Positions 51,792 through 62,346 of a DNA stretch of 64,000 bases are shown here, one piece after another. The stretch comes from Podarcis tiliguerta. Taxonomy: Eukaryota. The stretch is from assembly GCA_965153285.1 (NCBI GenBank), contig OZ229117.1. The stretch is one strand, 5' to 3'. Made by a program: the position numbers and the translations under genes. The notes beneath the pieces are model-generated. The model saw only the letters and a program-made list of their open reading frames with translations. It was not told the DNA's origin and searched no databases. Each line of letters starts with the position of its first letter. Within the stretch, counting starts at the first letter, position 1.

Positions 51792-52504
51792 TTTCCAGTG
51801 ACACCAGAACCTGAGAGCATCAGTTTGACAACCTTTGGCCTTGCCAGATGGTTGTAGCAGAATTCAAGAGCAGACACCCTCGGTCTTTGCACACACCCTG
51901 GTTCCAAAACCCTCTAAGGCCCTCAGTTACCAAAGTCCTCCACTAACATCCACAAAAAGGCTTCTTTTGCCCCTATATCCACTTTAGCTATTCCAGAGCA
52001 ACAGCTGTCCACCTTCACCTTTCCACCACTGCCAATTCTGTTCCCTCCCACCCACCTTCAAGGGAGAACCATGGCCACTGCTCTTACCAAAAGGTTCAAG
52101 CCCGGTCCTGAAGTGGCACTGAGGGCAGGTCAACAGCAGCCCAACCCTCGGCCTCTCAGATTACAGAGCTCCTACCCCACTTGGGACGAGAGCACAATCC
52201 TCTTCCTGAATATAACCAACCTGTCCATTCCTCTCCCAGTAGAGCCATGGAGGAAAGTGAGGCCGATAAGTCTGTGGCTGTGACTCAGCCTCTTGTTGGG
52301 GGGGATTGGGCCCTCCTGCCTGGTGACATGCCTGCAGGTTGTCCACTCCCTGCCCCTTGCACCCTCTCCTCCAGCTGCGCATTTGGGATCCACCAGGGAA
52401 CACGAGAGGCTTCCGGGATTGTTCACGGAGGTGTTAACTGCTGCTTGTAAAGTCCTTCTTGAAGTAGCTGATACAAACAGATGGCAAACAGAAAATAACT
52501 GGAA

Positions 52505-52505
<1 letters not shown>

Positions 52506-52534
<29 letters not shown>
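52506..52534. repeat. (AGAC)n tetranucleotide repeat in MTSS2 3' UTR
   Basis: Direct reading. Confidence 0.9.
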
Positions 52535-52535
<1 letters not shown>

Positions 52536-53089
52536 GAGCTGTGAAGGAAGGATTCAGCACAGGACTAACAGTGCATTTTTTGTCCGGAGGAGGTGGGTGC
52601 TCTCTAGGAATGGCAGCCTCCATTTCTTTGCCATGTGCTAGTGTGTCGGGGTGTGTGTGTGTGTAGTTTATACTAAGAACACTGTAGTTGCTAGATCCAG
52701 TTCAGGTTTTCACTCCTCCCTGACAATCATGGAGCAAGGGAATGGCCTCCCTCCTTGTGGCGGCAGCAGCAGCAACCGGTCTCTCTGCAGGCCAGGATGA
52801 AGGAAGGTGCAGGAGGGGAAAGGAAACCTGGGCAGGGCAGCAGATGGAAAAACAATGTGTATAAAAGAGGCTCCAAAACCAGTTCAGTGCCAGGCTGTGC
52901 CTGTGCAGGTTTGTTAGCAAAGGCATATAGATTAGTCTCCTTTATATCTAGACTCTGACACGATCTCCATAAAGTGGCTTTGCCTTTTGTGGTTCGTTTA
53001 CTTCTCTTCCATTTCCCCTGGTTTAGTCCTGACTCTGGTTGCTCTCCAGCCACAGGGTGGGCACTGAGCAGGCGCTGGGGAAGAGTCCA

Positions 53090-53853
53090 TCACAAAAACC
53101 GGGGCGCCGACCTGTCATTGGTGATGGTCCTGCGAAGGCGCACCCCACGCCGGATGGCCACCAGCATGTCTTCCGCCGGAGGGTCGCTGGAGGCTGCCGG
53201 GGGAGGAGTGGGTGTCTCTTCCCCGGGACCAAGGGCAGAGACCCCCGTGGGGAAGGGAAACTGGCCCTCGCCAAGGGCATGGGCACTGGCCACCAGCTCC
53301 CCAATCTTCTCCACCAGGCTGTGCCGGTTGGCTGCCAGCTGCTGCTCCTCCTCCTCGGTGGAGAGGTGCTTCCCGGCATACACAGAGATCTCCATCACGT
53401 TGCTGCCCCAGGCGGTGTTTGGCAGGCTCAGCCTCTTGGGTGAGGCTTTGGCGAAGTCCATGGCGCTTGGTGAGGCATCGTCAGTGTAGAACACACATTC
53501 CTCGCTGCCCACCCGGGTGGGGCCGGTGTACCCAGGGGAGTCAGGCACTGTTGGCGTCTTGACAGGGACGATGGGGGGTCTGATGGGAATGGGGCCGGCG
53601 TTGGAGAGGGTTCGGCGTACCGTGGGCTTGGTGGAAGGTGTGCGGCGGATGGTGGCCACCCCTGGCGTGGCGCCGGTGGGCAGGGCAGTGCCGGTGGGCA
53701 GGCCAGCAGTAGAAGCAGGCCGCTTGGTCTGGATCATGCGCCGGTAATTCTGGGCAATGTTGCTGTTGCGAGGGATAGTCGAGGATTTGTCGAATTCGCT
53801 CTGGCTCTCCCCTTCCATGTCACCGTTCACGGAGTAGCAGTCGTAATCTGAGC
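53090..53853 (-). CDS. MTSS2: MTSS2 last exon coding part (SDYDCYSVNGD...WH2...RSAPRFL*)
   Basis: ccacag acceptor, TGA at 53092-53090, 764 nt. Confidence 0.96.
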
Positions 53854-54191
53854 CTGTGGAGGCGACAGATGGACAGAGTAGGTGTCAGCATTCTCAGCTG
53901 GCAGGGGCAGCACAGCCAAGCAGCCACTGCTGCACCCCATGCACAACACTCTCCACTATATGAGATCTTTCATACGTATATATTTTGATTCCGTTAATAT
54001 ATATAACTTGTGCCTATTTTAGTTGTAAGCTGCCTTGAATCCCATTGGGGGGGGGGAAGGCAAGATATAAATAAATATAATAACCATGTATACCACCCTA
54101 AAAATATTTATCGTTAAACTGGGCAACCACATTAAGTAAAACGCCACCCCACCCCTTCCCAGGGTGCCAAGCAGCCCATTGGCAAAGATAC

Positions 54192-54357
54192 CTTGCGAGG
54201 GGATGGTGTCCTCAGAGCAGGAAGGAGTGGTGGTTTGTGTGCTGTAGCCACTGGAGTACTGCAGGGAGTCCCGGCTACTCTTCTGGTGCTCAAGACTCAG
54301 GCCTCGGGTCAGCACCATGGCCAGGTCACTTGCGGCTGGGGACACTTCCTCCCCATG
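54192..54357 (-). CDS. MTSS2: MTSS2 exon (HGEEVSPAASDLAMVLTRGLSLEHQKSSRDSLQYSSGYS...IPSQ)
   Basis: AG/GT, 166 nt. Confidence 0.95.
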
Positions 54358-55347
54358 CTGATGGAGAAACAAAATGGGGTGGGGTGAGGAGTGAGAGGTG
54401 TGATGAGCTGGTCTCAAAGCAAATGGCACCCTGAGCTGTAGGAGATGATACCATGTGTGTGCCAGGCCACCTGCACCCAAAGGTCAGAAAACATTAATGG
54501 AAAGCAAGTGGAGATGGGGAGATAGGAGAATGAGCAAGTCATCTCATTCCCCAAAACTATGTTGGCCGTGAACACAACACCCCTAGTGGGCAAGCAGCTG
54601 GTGCCATGAGGGTGGTTAGCCTGGATCTCTCCCAGGCTAACATGCGTGCCCCAATTCCACATGCACCCCATGAGCCCCTCATCATTGCAGCTCTGCTCAA
54701 GACAGGATGTGCAAAGAATTCCCATTTCTTTTGTGTGCACTGGGGGGGGGGGGCTGAAGGGAGGGGGCTTTGTGGGGCAGAGGCAAGGTGGAAATAGGAG
54801 GAGGAAAGTGGTGCCTAAAGGCAGTGGCCAGCCCTCCCTCCCTCCCATGGCTATTCCCCAGTGACTCACATACAGCAGCTGGTGAGAGTAGGCATCATGT
54901 CTGCCAGGGTCACTCAAGCAGGTCCCTCACCAAACATATGAAGTATAAGCAACAGACATGCATCATTCAATTCCTCCAGGGCTCCACAGCCCCATCAGGG
55001 CAAAGGGCTACACAGGAAGCTGCTGGCATGCGATGGCATGCTGGGGGTGGCAATTTTTCACAATTCATATCAGCAAAACCCATCAACTGCAAAACAATTC
55101 TCCGAGAGAACTTCCTCTGCTGCCCTGAAATTCCCTTCTGCACTCAGCTCAAGGATGCCATTTGCTATTTGGGTAAATCTCCTTCTGGAAGAAGACATGC
55201 AGAGGCGGCCCGGGTCTTCTCCTCCAGGGAGTTGCCTCTCTGCTAGCTAAGGTTTGGGACAAGTAAGGGTTCCATCACCTGGGTACCAAACCTATTCCAA
55301 GTTCCTGTCCCCCCAGTCTCCCATTTTGACACTGAAGCTGGCTATAC

Positions 55348-55524
55348 CTTGGCAGCAATGGAGGCCGGGGACATGCGGGGCCTGGAGCCTTCCTCCAAGC
55401 TGATTCCTGGGTATACCAGGCTGGTGGAGCCCAGCTCAGCTTCACGGAGATGCTCTACGCGGTCCTTCCTTCGCTGCAGTGTGCTTGCCACCGGCTGTTC
55501 ATAGAGGCTAGCCTTGGACCAATC
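55348..55524 (-). CDS. MTSS2: MTSS2 exon (DWSKASLYEQPVASTLQRRKDRV...SPASIAAK)
   Basis: AG/GT, 177 nt. Confidence 0.94.
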
Positions 55525-57330
55525 CTGCAAAATCCAAGAGGAGATGGGTAGGACGGCACAGCTGGGGCCCCAACATCAGGCACAGCAGTGCAAAGTCAGG
55601 TGGGTATGGAATAGGGCAGAAATGGGAGATGAGACTGGATGGAGAGGGATTGGGCAAGGGGGTGGGGAGAGAGGAATTGGCAAAAGGGCCACCCCAGGGC
55701 AAAGAGCAGGGGTTGTGGCAATCACAAAATGGCTCTGCCACCATTTTGCTCTGTTGGGCTGGGGACGGAGAAATCCCCTCTTGGCTTAAAAAGGGTTTCA
55801 ACAAAGACAGGAAAGGTGGAGGCACCAGGCCAGGAGGGTGCCCGCTTCCTTTTAAAAGTGTGGGTTGCTTGAAGCAGCTGACAGTCATGATACCTCCAAC
55901 AATATGTGTCCCCCATCCCACTGGAATCCCAATTCTCTCACTCTCCTCAAACACATTTTCTGGAAAAAGTCAGGTGGATGCATCTTCCCTCTTACAGAAA
56001 GTGCTATATAAATACTGAGTGTTCAAAACACAGCACATTCAGTTCTGCACGATCCATACAGTGGTCCTGAAAGGCAGACTGCTGTCTAAAAGCACTCAGT
56101 GAGCTCATGGCTGATCTGAGAATGGAAGGACTTCCAGGCAGGGGCTGTTCTCAGCCCCCCCCCCCACTTCACTCCACTCACACCAAACCCTACATGGTGT
56201 TTGTTTATGGGAAGCAGTTCCTGCCCCAACTCAGAGATGGCAGCACAGGGACATTGCAGAGACTTTGGGGGGGAGGGCAGATGGGTCAGCTGAGGGGAAA
56301 TAGTTCATATTCTGCCATCCCAAAGCTGTCCTGATGCAGGCTTCCTGTGTTCAGGAAGAAGGAAGCAGCACTTCCTGTTTCCAGAGCACTTTGATGTGCT
56401 CACAATGCCAGTGTGCAAGAGGAAAGAACAACTGCTTCAGACAGCCTGATGGGTTTGATCTGGGGCCACATGGGAGCCTTTCCTACCTGCACCTAAAAAT
56501 GCTGGGGTGGGAGCCTGGCTGGGTTCAACCAATGAGCATATTAAATGATGCAGAAAAAACCCCAAAACAGAACGGAACTTGTGCAGAGCAGAGGCTCTTG
56601 CTCCTGAGTGACCTCTGCAGCATCACCTCCATTGCTTTCCAGAGGGGAATCCCTAGGCTGCTGCTGGAAGATTAGGCTTGGAGCTACATGTTTCCGGAGC
56701 CAACAGAGCCACAGAAGGCTCCTGTTCCAGCTCTGGAGCAGCTGACTCCCCTGGTCAAGATCTCGGAAACGGACACACCACAATATACACACCAGGCTAA
56801 GGCTTCTTCTGGAGCTTCCTTCAGTCCTGGCCACATGAGCTACATTCAGGGGTTTCCACTGAAACACAGTAAGAAACCACGGTGAAGAGAACCCAGAGCA
56901 CACGCATGACCGCTGCACACCCAGCCAACCTGCAGGGGGTGGGAAGGGGGCGGCCCGTGGCAACCGGCTGGGCAGAGCTGCAGAGGAAGCCAGAATCACA
57001 CCGGAATCATCAAGCCAGGACCAAAAAAACAACAACCATCAAAAAGCCAAGAGCCAAAAGCCAGCCAACAAGGTGGGACCGGGAACAGAAATGGTGGAGG
57101 AAGAAGAGGAGAGGGAGACGGCAACCAGAGGAGCAGGAGGAGGTGTCCATTTCCCCCAAGGTTTGTGACATGCTAAAGCCCTGCAGTGCATCAGCCACTG
57201 GGTGGGGTGCGTATCCCTGGATCCTGGGTGTGTGATGGGTGGGTTGGTGGGTGGGTGGGAAGGATGTTGCCGATTTGCGCGTCACCTTCCGGCCGCCTGA
57301 CCATGCCCCGGGGGCAGAGCTAGAACTGAC

Positions 57331-57405
57331 CGAGGTCGGGGAGTTGCATTCGCTAACAGACTGGCAGGTTTCTGAGGCCTCGGACGATGCGGAGCTGGAG
57401 GACTT
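57331..57405 (-). CDS. MTSS2: MTSS2 exon (KSSSSASSEASETCQSVSECNSPTS); alternative donor extends it to 57286
   Basis: Acceptor ggcag; donor gtcagt (75 nt) or gtgacg (120 nt), both in frame. Confidence 0.85.
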
Positions 57406-57506
57406 CTGCCATGCCCAAAGTCCAAAGGTCAGCAGGAGCAAAACAGACATATGGGAGAGAAGGGAGAGAAGAGACCTGGTTAAGCAGCTGGTGGAGGGAA
57501 AGCAGC

Positions 57507-57510
<4 letters not shown>

Positions 57511-57554
<44 letters not shown>
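57511..57554. repeat. (GA)n microsatellite; a (TC)n tract on the MTSS2 sense strand
   Basis: Direct reading. Confidence 0.95.
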
Positions 57555-57557
<3 letters not shown>

Positions 57558-59025
57558 CGAGGAGGCAGATGCAAGCGCAGGGCAGCCAGCCTTGACACTC
57601 AAGAGCCAGGTGTTAGATCACAGCAGGCAGTGCAAGCACCGGAGGAGCCACACACGCTCACGGGAAGCCCATGAGGGGCCTCACATGGATTTTGCACAGG
57701 CACTTCCAGGCCCTCTGCAATAACTCTTCAGCAGGGGAAGCGATGAGGAAGGAGCTGGGAGGAAGGAAGGCCGCCTTCCTCTGCAAGGGCAAGAGGAAAG
57801 GGCCAGCTGCAGGAAGCAGAGAGGCAGGAGGGGAAAGCCTCCTCTCGCCCAGGGTGTGGAAACAAGGCACACAGGAGGCCAGAGGGGCGTCCCAAACTTC
57901 CTGCACCTTCCTCACAGGTGCACACTCGGCAGCTGCCCTCTTCCTGCCCGCAGGCCAGCCATTCTGCTTGCACCTCCATGAGACACTTTACAAAAACACA
58001 ACATTATTCATAAATATCTTAACTTGCTTCTCTTGGAGCCGCCCTCGGCTCAGGGCAGCTTGATAAACCTTCGCTCTGCAAGTCTTGGATAAAATCCCTC
58101 TGGACCATCTGTTGCAGAAGCCCCAGAGAAAGAGCTGCTGGCTCTTTACACTTAAAAGAAATGGGGACGTGAGAACCTTTGAGTGGCTGTAACCCTCCAT
58201 GGCTGTGGGATTCAGAAATCCATGCTTTAGTGCCGCCTTCACAGGCCTGGAGCCCTCCAGATGTTCTGGGCTCTTAATTCGCACTGGAACGGCCACACTG
58301 GGGCAGGCATCTTAATAGGCAGCAGGCTGGCAAAAGCTACTTGAGTGGGTGGGGGGCTTGTTACATTCCCTGCAGCACTAAGCCCCTTCCCCAGTCACAG
58401 AGAAGCCATTATGTGCACCTGGCTATTCAGCTGGAGGGATGAGAGAGATTTTTTTTCCCTTCAAGGGAAGCTCCGAGCTGCAGGTCCCCCAAATCTGAAG
58501 CCTTGACACCTATGTAGGAGTTCTTCATCACCCCTGGAGAGCTGAGGCTGTCAGTTCCTAGGGCTCAACAACCACCGGGTGGCCAAGGAGAGAAGCAGGC
58601 TTCTTTTCCTCACAGATTTCTGGGCCTACTCCCTTCCCAGGCGAAAAAGAGACGTGGCTGCCAACACCTCACCTGGAGCCAGCTAAAATGGGGACTGGCA
58701 CACCCATCCGTTGCACAGCCCATATAGTGCTGGGAACTTACCCCATCTAAATAGTCAGCCAGCCTGGTTTATAAAAAGGAAGGACTGAGGGCAGAGGAAT
58801 CTGATTAAACTGGAGGGGTGGGGGATGGCAGCTCATTCAAGGGGTCTGTCACCTGTCCTATGGCCACCAGCACCCTTGACTTCCGCTAAGAGGCTGTGCA
58901 TGCACAACCAGATTGGGCTTGCCTGCAGCAGAGTAACAGCAAGAAGAGTGTTGATAGTTGCCATGTTTGCCCAGGGCTTCCCCTTTACATTCTGTGGCCT
59001 TTGGCGGCTGCCCCGCAGAGCTTAC

Positions 59026-59236
59026 CTGACTGGTGAGGTCCGAGGGCATTGGCGAAGGTGGCTTGGAGAACATGGCGTCCTGGGAGATGAAGCCAGAGTC
59101 ATGCGATGAGACGCTGGACAGGCGGGTGTTGGCATTGACGGGCTGTGCCAGGCTGCGGTAGCGACATATGGAAGTTGGAGAGTATGTTTGAGAACGCGTG
59201 AGCCACGGGGGGCCACCCTGAGCACTGCTAGCGCCG
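59026..59236 (-). CDS. MTSS2: MTSS2 exon (GASSAQGGPPW...LSSVSSHDSGFISQD...SDLTSQ)
   Basis: ccctttag acceptor, gtaagc donor, 211 nt, phase-compatible. Confidence 0.88.
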
Positions 59237-60086
59237 CTAAAGGGTAGCAGGATGAGACGGCATGGTGGGCAGGAGGGGGGCAGGACGAGGCGCGCAGGAG
59301 AGACAAAGCGCATCATCAAAGCGCATTGATGGGGTAGGAGTGAGAATAGCAGTGGGTGCAAAGGAAGGAAGAGAGAGTTTTGTTTTCATTTATTAAAAAA
59401 ACAAAAACCCAGTCCAACCCACACAAAATGAGGAATTAAGTGGCATTACAGACAGGAAAGGAGCATATGGGGGAAAGTGACACATTCTTCTGTCCCAGCT
59501 AAGAGACAGCAGTGGTGCTGAGGGCCTGACAATGATCACACACACACACACACACAAATATACACACACAATCCCAGGATGTTTCTGCACTAGGCCCACT
59601 GCTCTGGAAGTGCCATGTTCCCCCACTTCTTAGTCCACATGGCATGCCAGAGTTTCCTGAGGGAGCCCGAGACACAGTCGCAGCATGAGCAGGCAACACG
59701 TGCTTAAAGCACCTCAGGGCTCCTGTGCCTTTAAACATGTCTCCTTTGCAAGTTCAGGTGACTGACTCCATTGCTTCCTGTTGATCCAAGCTAGGGGACT
59801 GTTGATCAACAGAGCTTTGAATTGCTAGTTTCTCTTCCCACAGGGATGGGGAGAGGTTTGCATTAGTTATTTGAACTTGGGATTTTTTTTTAAACAAAAT
59901 ACCACAAAAAGAACTATTTAAAAAAGAAAAGAGTCACTCAAGAATTGTAGCACCTCACTTGCTACCTCCGTGGGATCCTACAAGTGGCGACAGGCCCACT
60001 TAGAGAAAGGCAGGTCATGCTATGCTCCTCTTGGCAGTCATGCCCTTGAGCTGGGAGATTCCTCCAGCTGCGCCAAACACACCTAC

Positions 60087-60184
60087 CTGCACATGCTGGA
60101 TTTGCGGGACCCAGAGCTGCTGGGAGAGGACGGCGGGGTCTGGTAAGACCAGCTATAATCAGAGCCCTTCAAATCTTTGATCAC
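60087..60184 (-). CDS. MTSS2: MTSS2 exon (VIKDLKGSDYSWSYQTPPSSPSSSGSRKSSMCS)
   Basis: AG/GT, 98 nt. Confidence 0.95.
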
Positions 60185-61018
60185 CTGCAAAATATTTGGC
60201 ATTAAAAGGTAGCTTCATGACACTTCTCAGGTTGCAAAACGTTCTTCCAATTGTGTCTCATTTGTCATCCCAATTAGAGCAGAGTCCAGGGGGTTACTCT
60301 GCTTTCTCAGAAAAGGAGGACATGTCACCAGTGGCCACTCAACAATCCCACACAGGCAGGCACACATTCTGACAATGCCCCATTAAGACCACCTTTAGCT
60401 GCCTCGAGACCACTGGTCCATCTAACCACTTCAATTCCACCTTATAAGCCTGCACTTCTTTTCTTTGTTTAATTCTCAAAAGACATATGTTTGCACATAA
60501 GGCCCATAAGTCATTACTGGGTTTGGCTAAGCTCCTGTATCCATCACTGTGGGTGTGAAGGAATAATGAGTTTCCGTTATATAAAGGTATTTTGAACCTA
60601 GCAAGTATTTTCCAACTCCTTCCTTTCGGATTACCTCCTCCCCGGTTTCAGTTAGAGACTCTGCCACTGCTAGAAGTTTGATGCTGGGCTATCTGGGCAC
60701 CTGTCACAATTAAATTCTGAAAGCTGGAGCTTGGGCTGGACTAGTTCCAAATTTCCCAAACTGCATGATGCAATAAATTAACTGAGAATTTAATCAAGGG
60801 CCTTCTAGGATTTGTTCTGATTTAGGGAAGCTGCTACTGTGTTCTCATTATTGTCACTTTTAAATTGTTAATGTTTTATCTTTTGTACTGGAAGCCACTC
60901 AGAGAATTTGACTTGAAGAATCACATACAGATTTGGTATATAAATCCAAATAACTCCCACATAGCTACACATCCTTTTCTAAAACCTCCCCAGCACTCCA
61001 TCCTTTTGGTTCTCCCAC

Positions 61019-61126
61019 CTGTTCACTGGCTGATGGCAATTTGTGGGGGTCAGCTGTCAGGACCACCAGGTCGTCAATGATGCCCTGCAGGTGGGTGATC
61101 TCTCCCAGCATGGTGATCTCTCCATT
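61019..61126 (-). CDS. MTSS2: MTSS2 exon (NGEITMLGEITHLQGIIDDLVVLTADPHKLPSASEQ)
   Basis: AG/GT, 108 nt. Confidence 0.95.
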
Positions 61127-62188
61127 CTGCAAAAGAGACAAGAGGAGAGAATCAGGCATTTGCTGCGTTCGGGAGAAAGACAACTCAATATTCCTGCATT
61201 GCAGTGGGCTGGACTAGATGGCCCTTGTGGTCCCTTCCGATTCTATGATAAGTATCCTTGCATCACAAATGGACCCTTTGCAAGTCCTGGTTCTGTCTGA
61301 TGAAGGTTATGTGGGTTAACCTGGGCAGGGCCCAGCCATATGGTTCCCTAGCCTTGGAGATAGAAGTATGGATTTTTGGATGAAGAGCCAAAGGCAACTT
61401 AGCAGTTCAGCCTGGGAGATACTACCACAAGCACAGCCCACCTCTGGGGATGAGAGTTGTAGTCCAAAATAACTAGAAGGCACCAGGTTGAGAAAGGCTG
61501 ATCTAATATGTGGTCGTCAAGAACCACATACACGACCCTGAGCTCCTGGGAGGAAAAGGTGAGATATAAATGCAATAAATAAATAAATCAACAGCATCTC
61601 AAGGGAAGGGCTTGACCAAAGTTTCATGAATTGTTGGCGCACACAGCCTCCTTAACCTTAACTTGGCAAGCCCACCTAAATCCTCAACAGGACTGGCTCC
61701 CATGCACAGGCCTGAAGCCTTGGAGAGGAATGGATAGATAAAGACAGAATGTAGATTAGCCATATGAACGGGGCAAGTCCTTTTAAAGCATTGCTTCAGG
61801 TGGGAGAAGAGGTGTGTGCAGGTGTGTGACAGACAGTGTTGGGTGCAATGCAACCCTGTTGACACCCCATAGCTCAGAGTAAGTCTAGGAGGAGACGGAG
61901 TTTGTTTTTCTCTGCAAGTTAGCTAAATTTGCATGTATATGCATAAATCACCACATACAAAATTGAGGCACATTTTTCTCCAATGGGCCCGTGCACCAAA
62001 TATTTTAAGTACCTACCAATACCCAAGATGTATACTGTCACTATGGAAGGGGTGGTGGTGGCTGCCAGAATTTTGTTTGCAAATTAAAATACACTATAAG
62101 TAAGGGACTTGTTTTCTCAGTTTACTCAACCCATGAAACAAATGTGGGCAGCTGAATATTGGGTAAGGTAGGGGTGGGGGGAACCTAC

Positions 62189-62346
62189 CACCACAGGTTG
62201 CAAATAAGCGATGAAGGTGCAGAACCGCCCTCGCTCCTCAATGAGTGCCTTGCGGACAGCCTGTTTCTCCGTTTCTTCCAAAAGAAGGTACATGTCATTG
62301 ACATCTTGGAGTGCATTGTCCAGTTGAGGCTGCAGGTCCCCTTTAC
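62189..62346 (-). CDS. MTSS2: MTSS2 exon (KGDLQPQLDNALQDVNDMYLLLEETEKQAVRKALIEERGRFCTFIAYLQPVV)
   Basis: AG/GT, 158 nt, translated by hand. Confidence 0.95.

Larger units (their letters stand above)
53090..62346 (-). other. MTSS2: MTSS2 (MTSS1L/ABBA; I-BAR + WH2 protein) 3' coding span; 5' exons outside window
   Basis: 8 exons join in frame; I-BAR C-terminal helices (ALIEERGRFCTF) and terminal WH2 (EDMLVAIRRGVRLRRT); synteny with SF3B3. Confidence 0.96.

Noticed and set aside
53854-54191. MTSS2 last intron donor GTATCTTT resembles a U12-type 5' splice site
   Set aside because: No TCCTTAAC-like U12 branch site near the acceptor; it has a U2-type CTGAC and a pyrimidine tract
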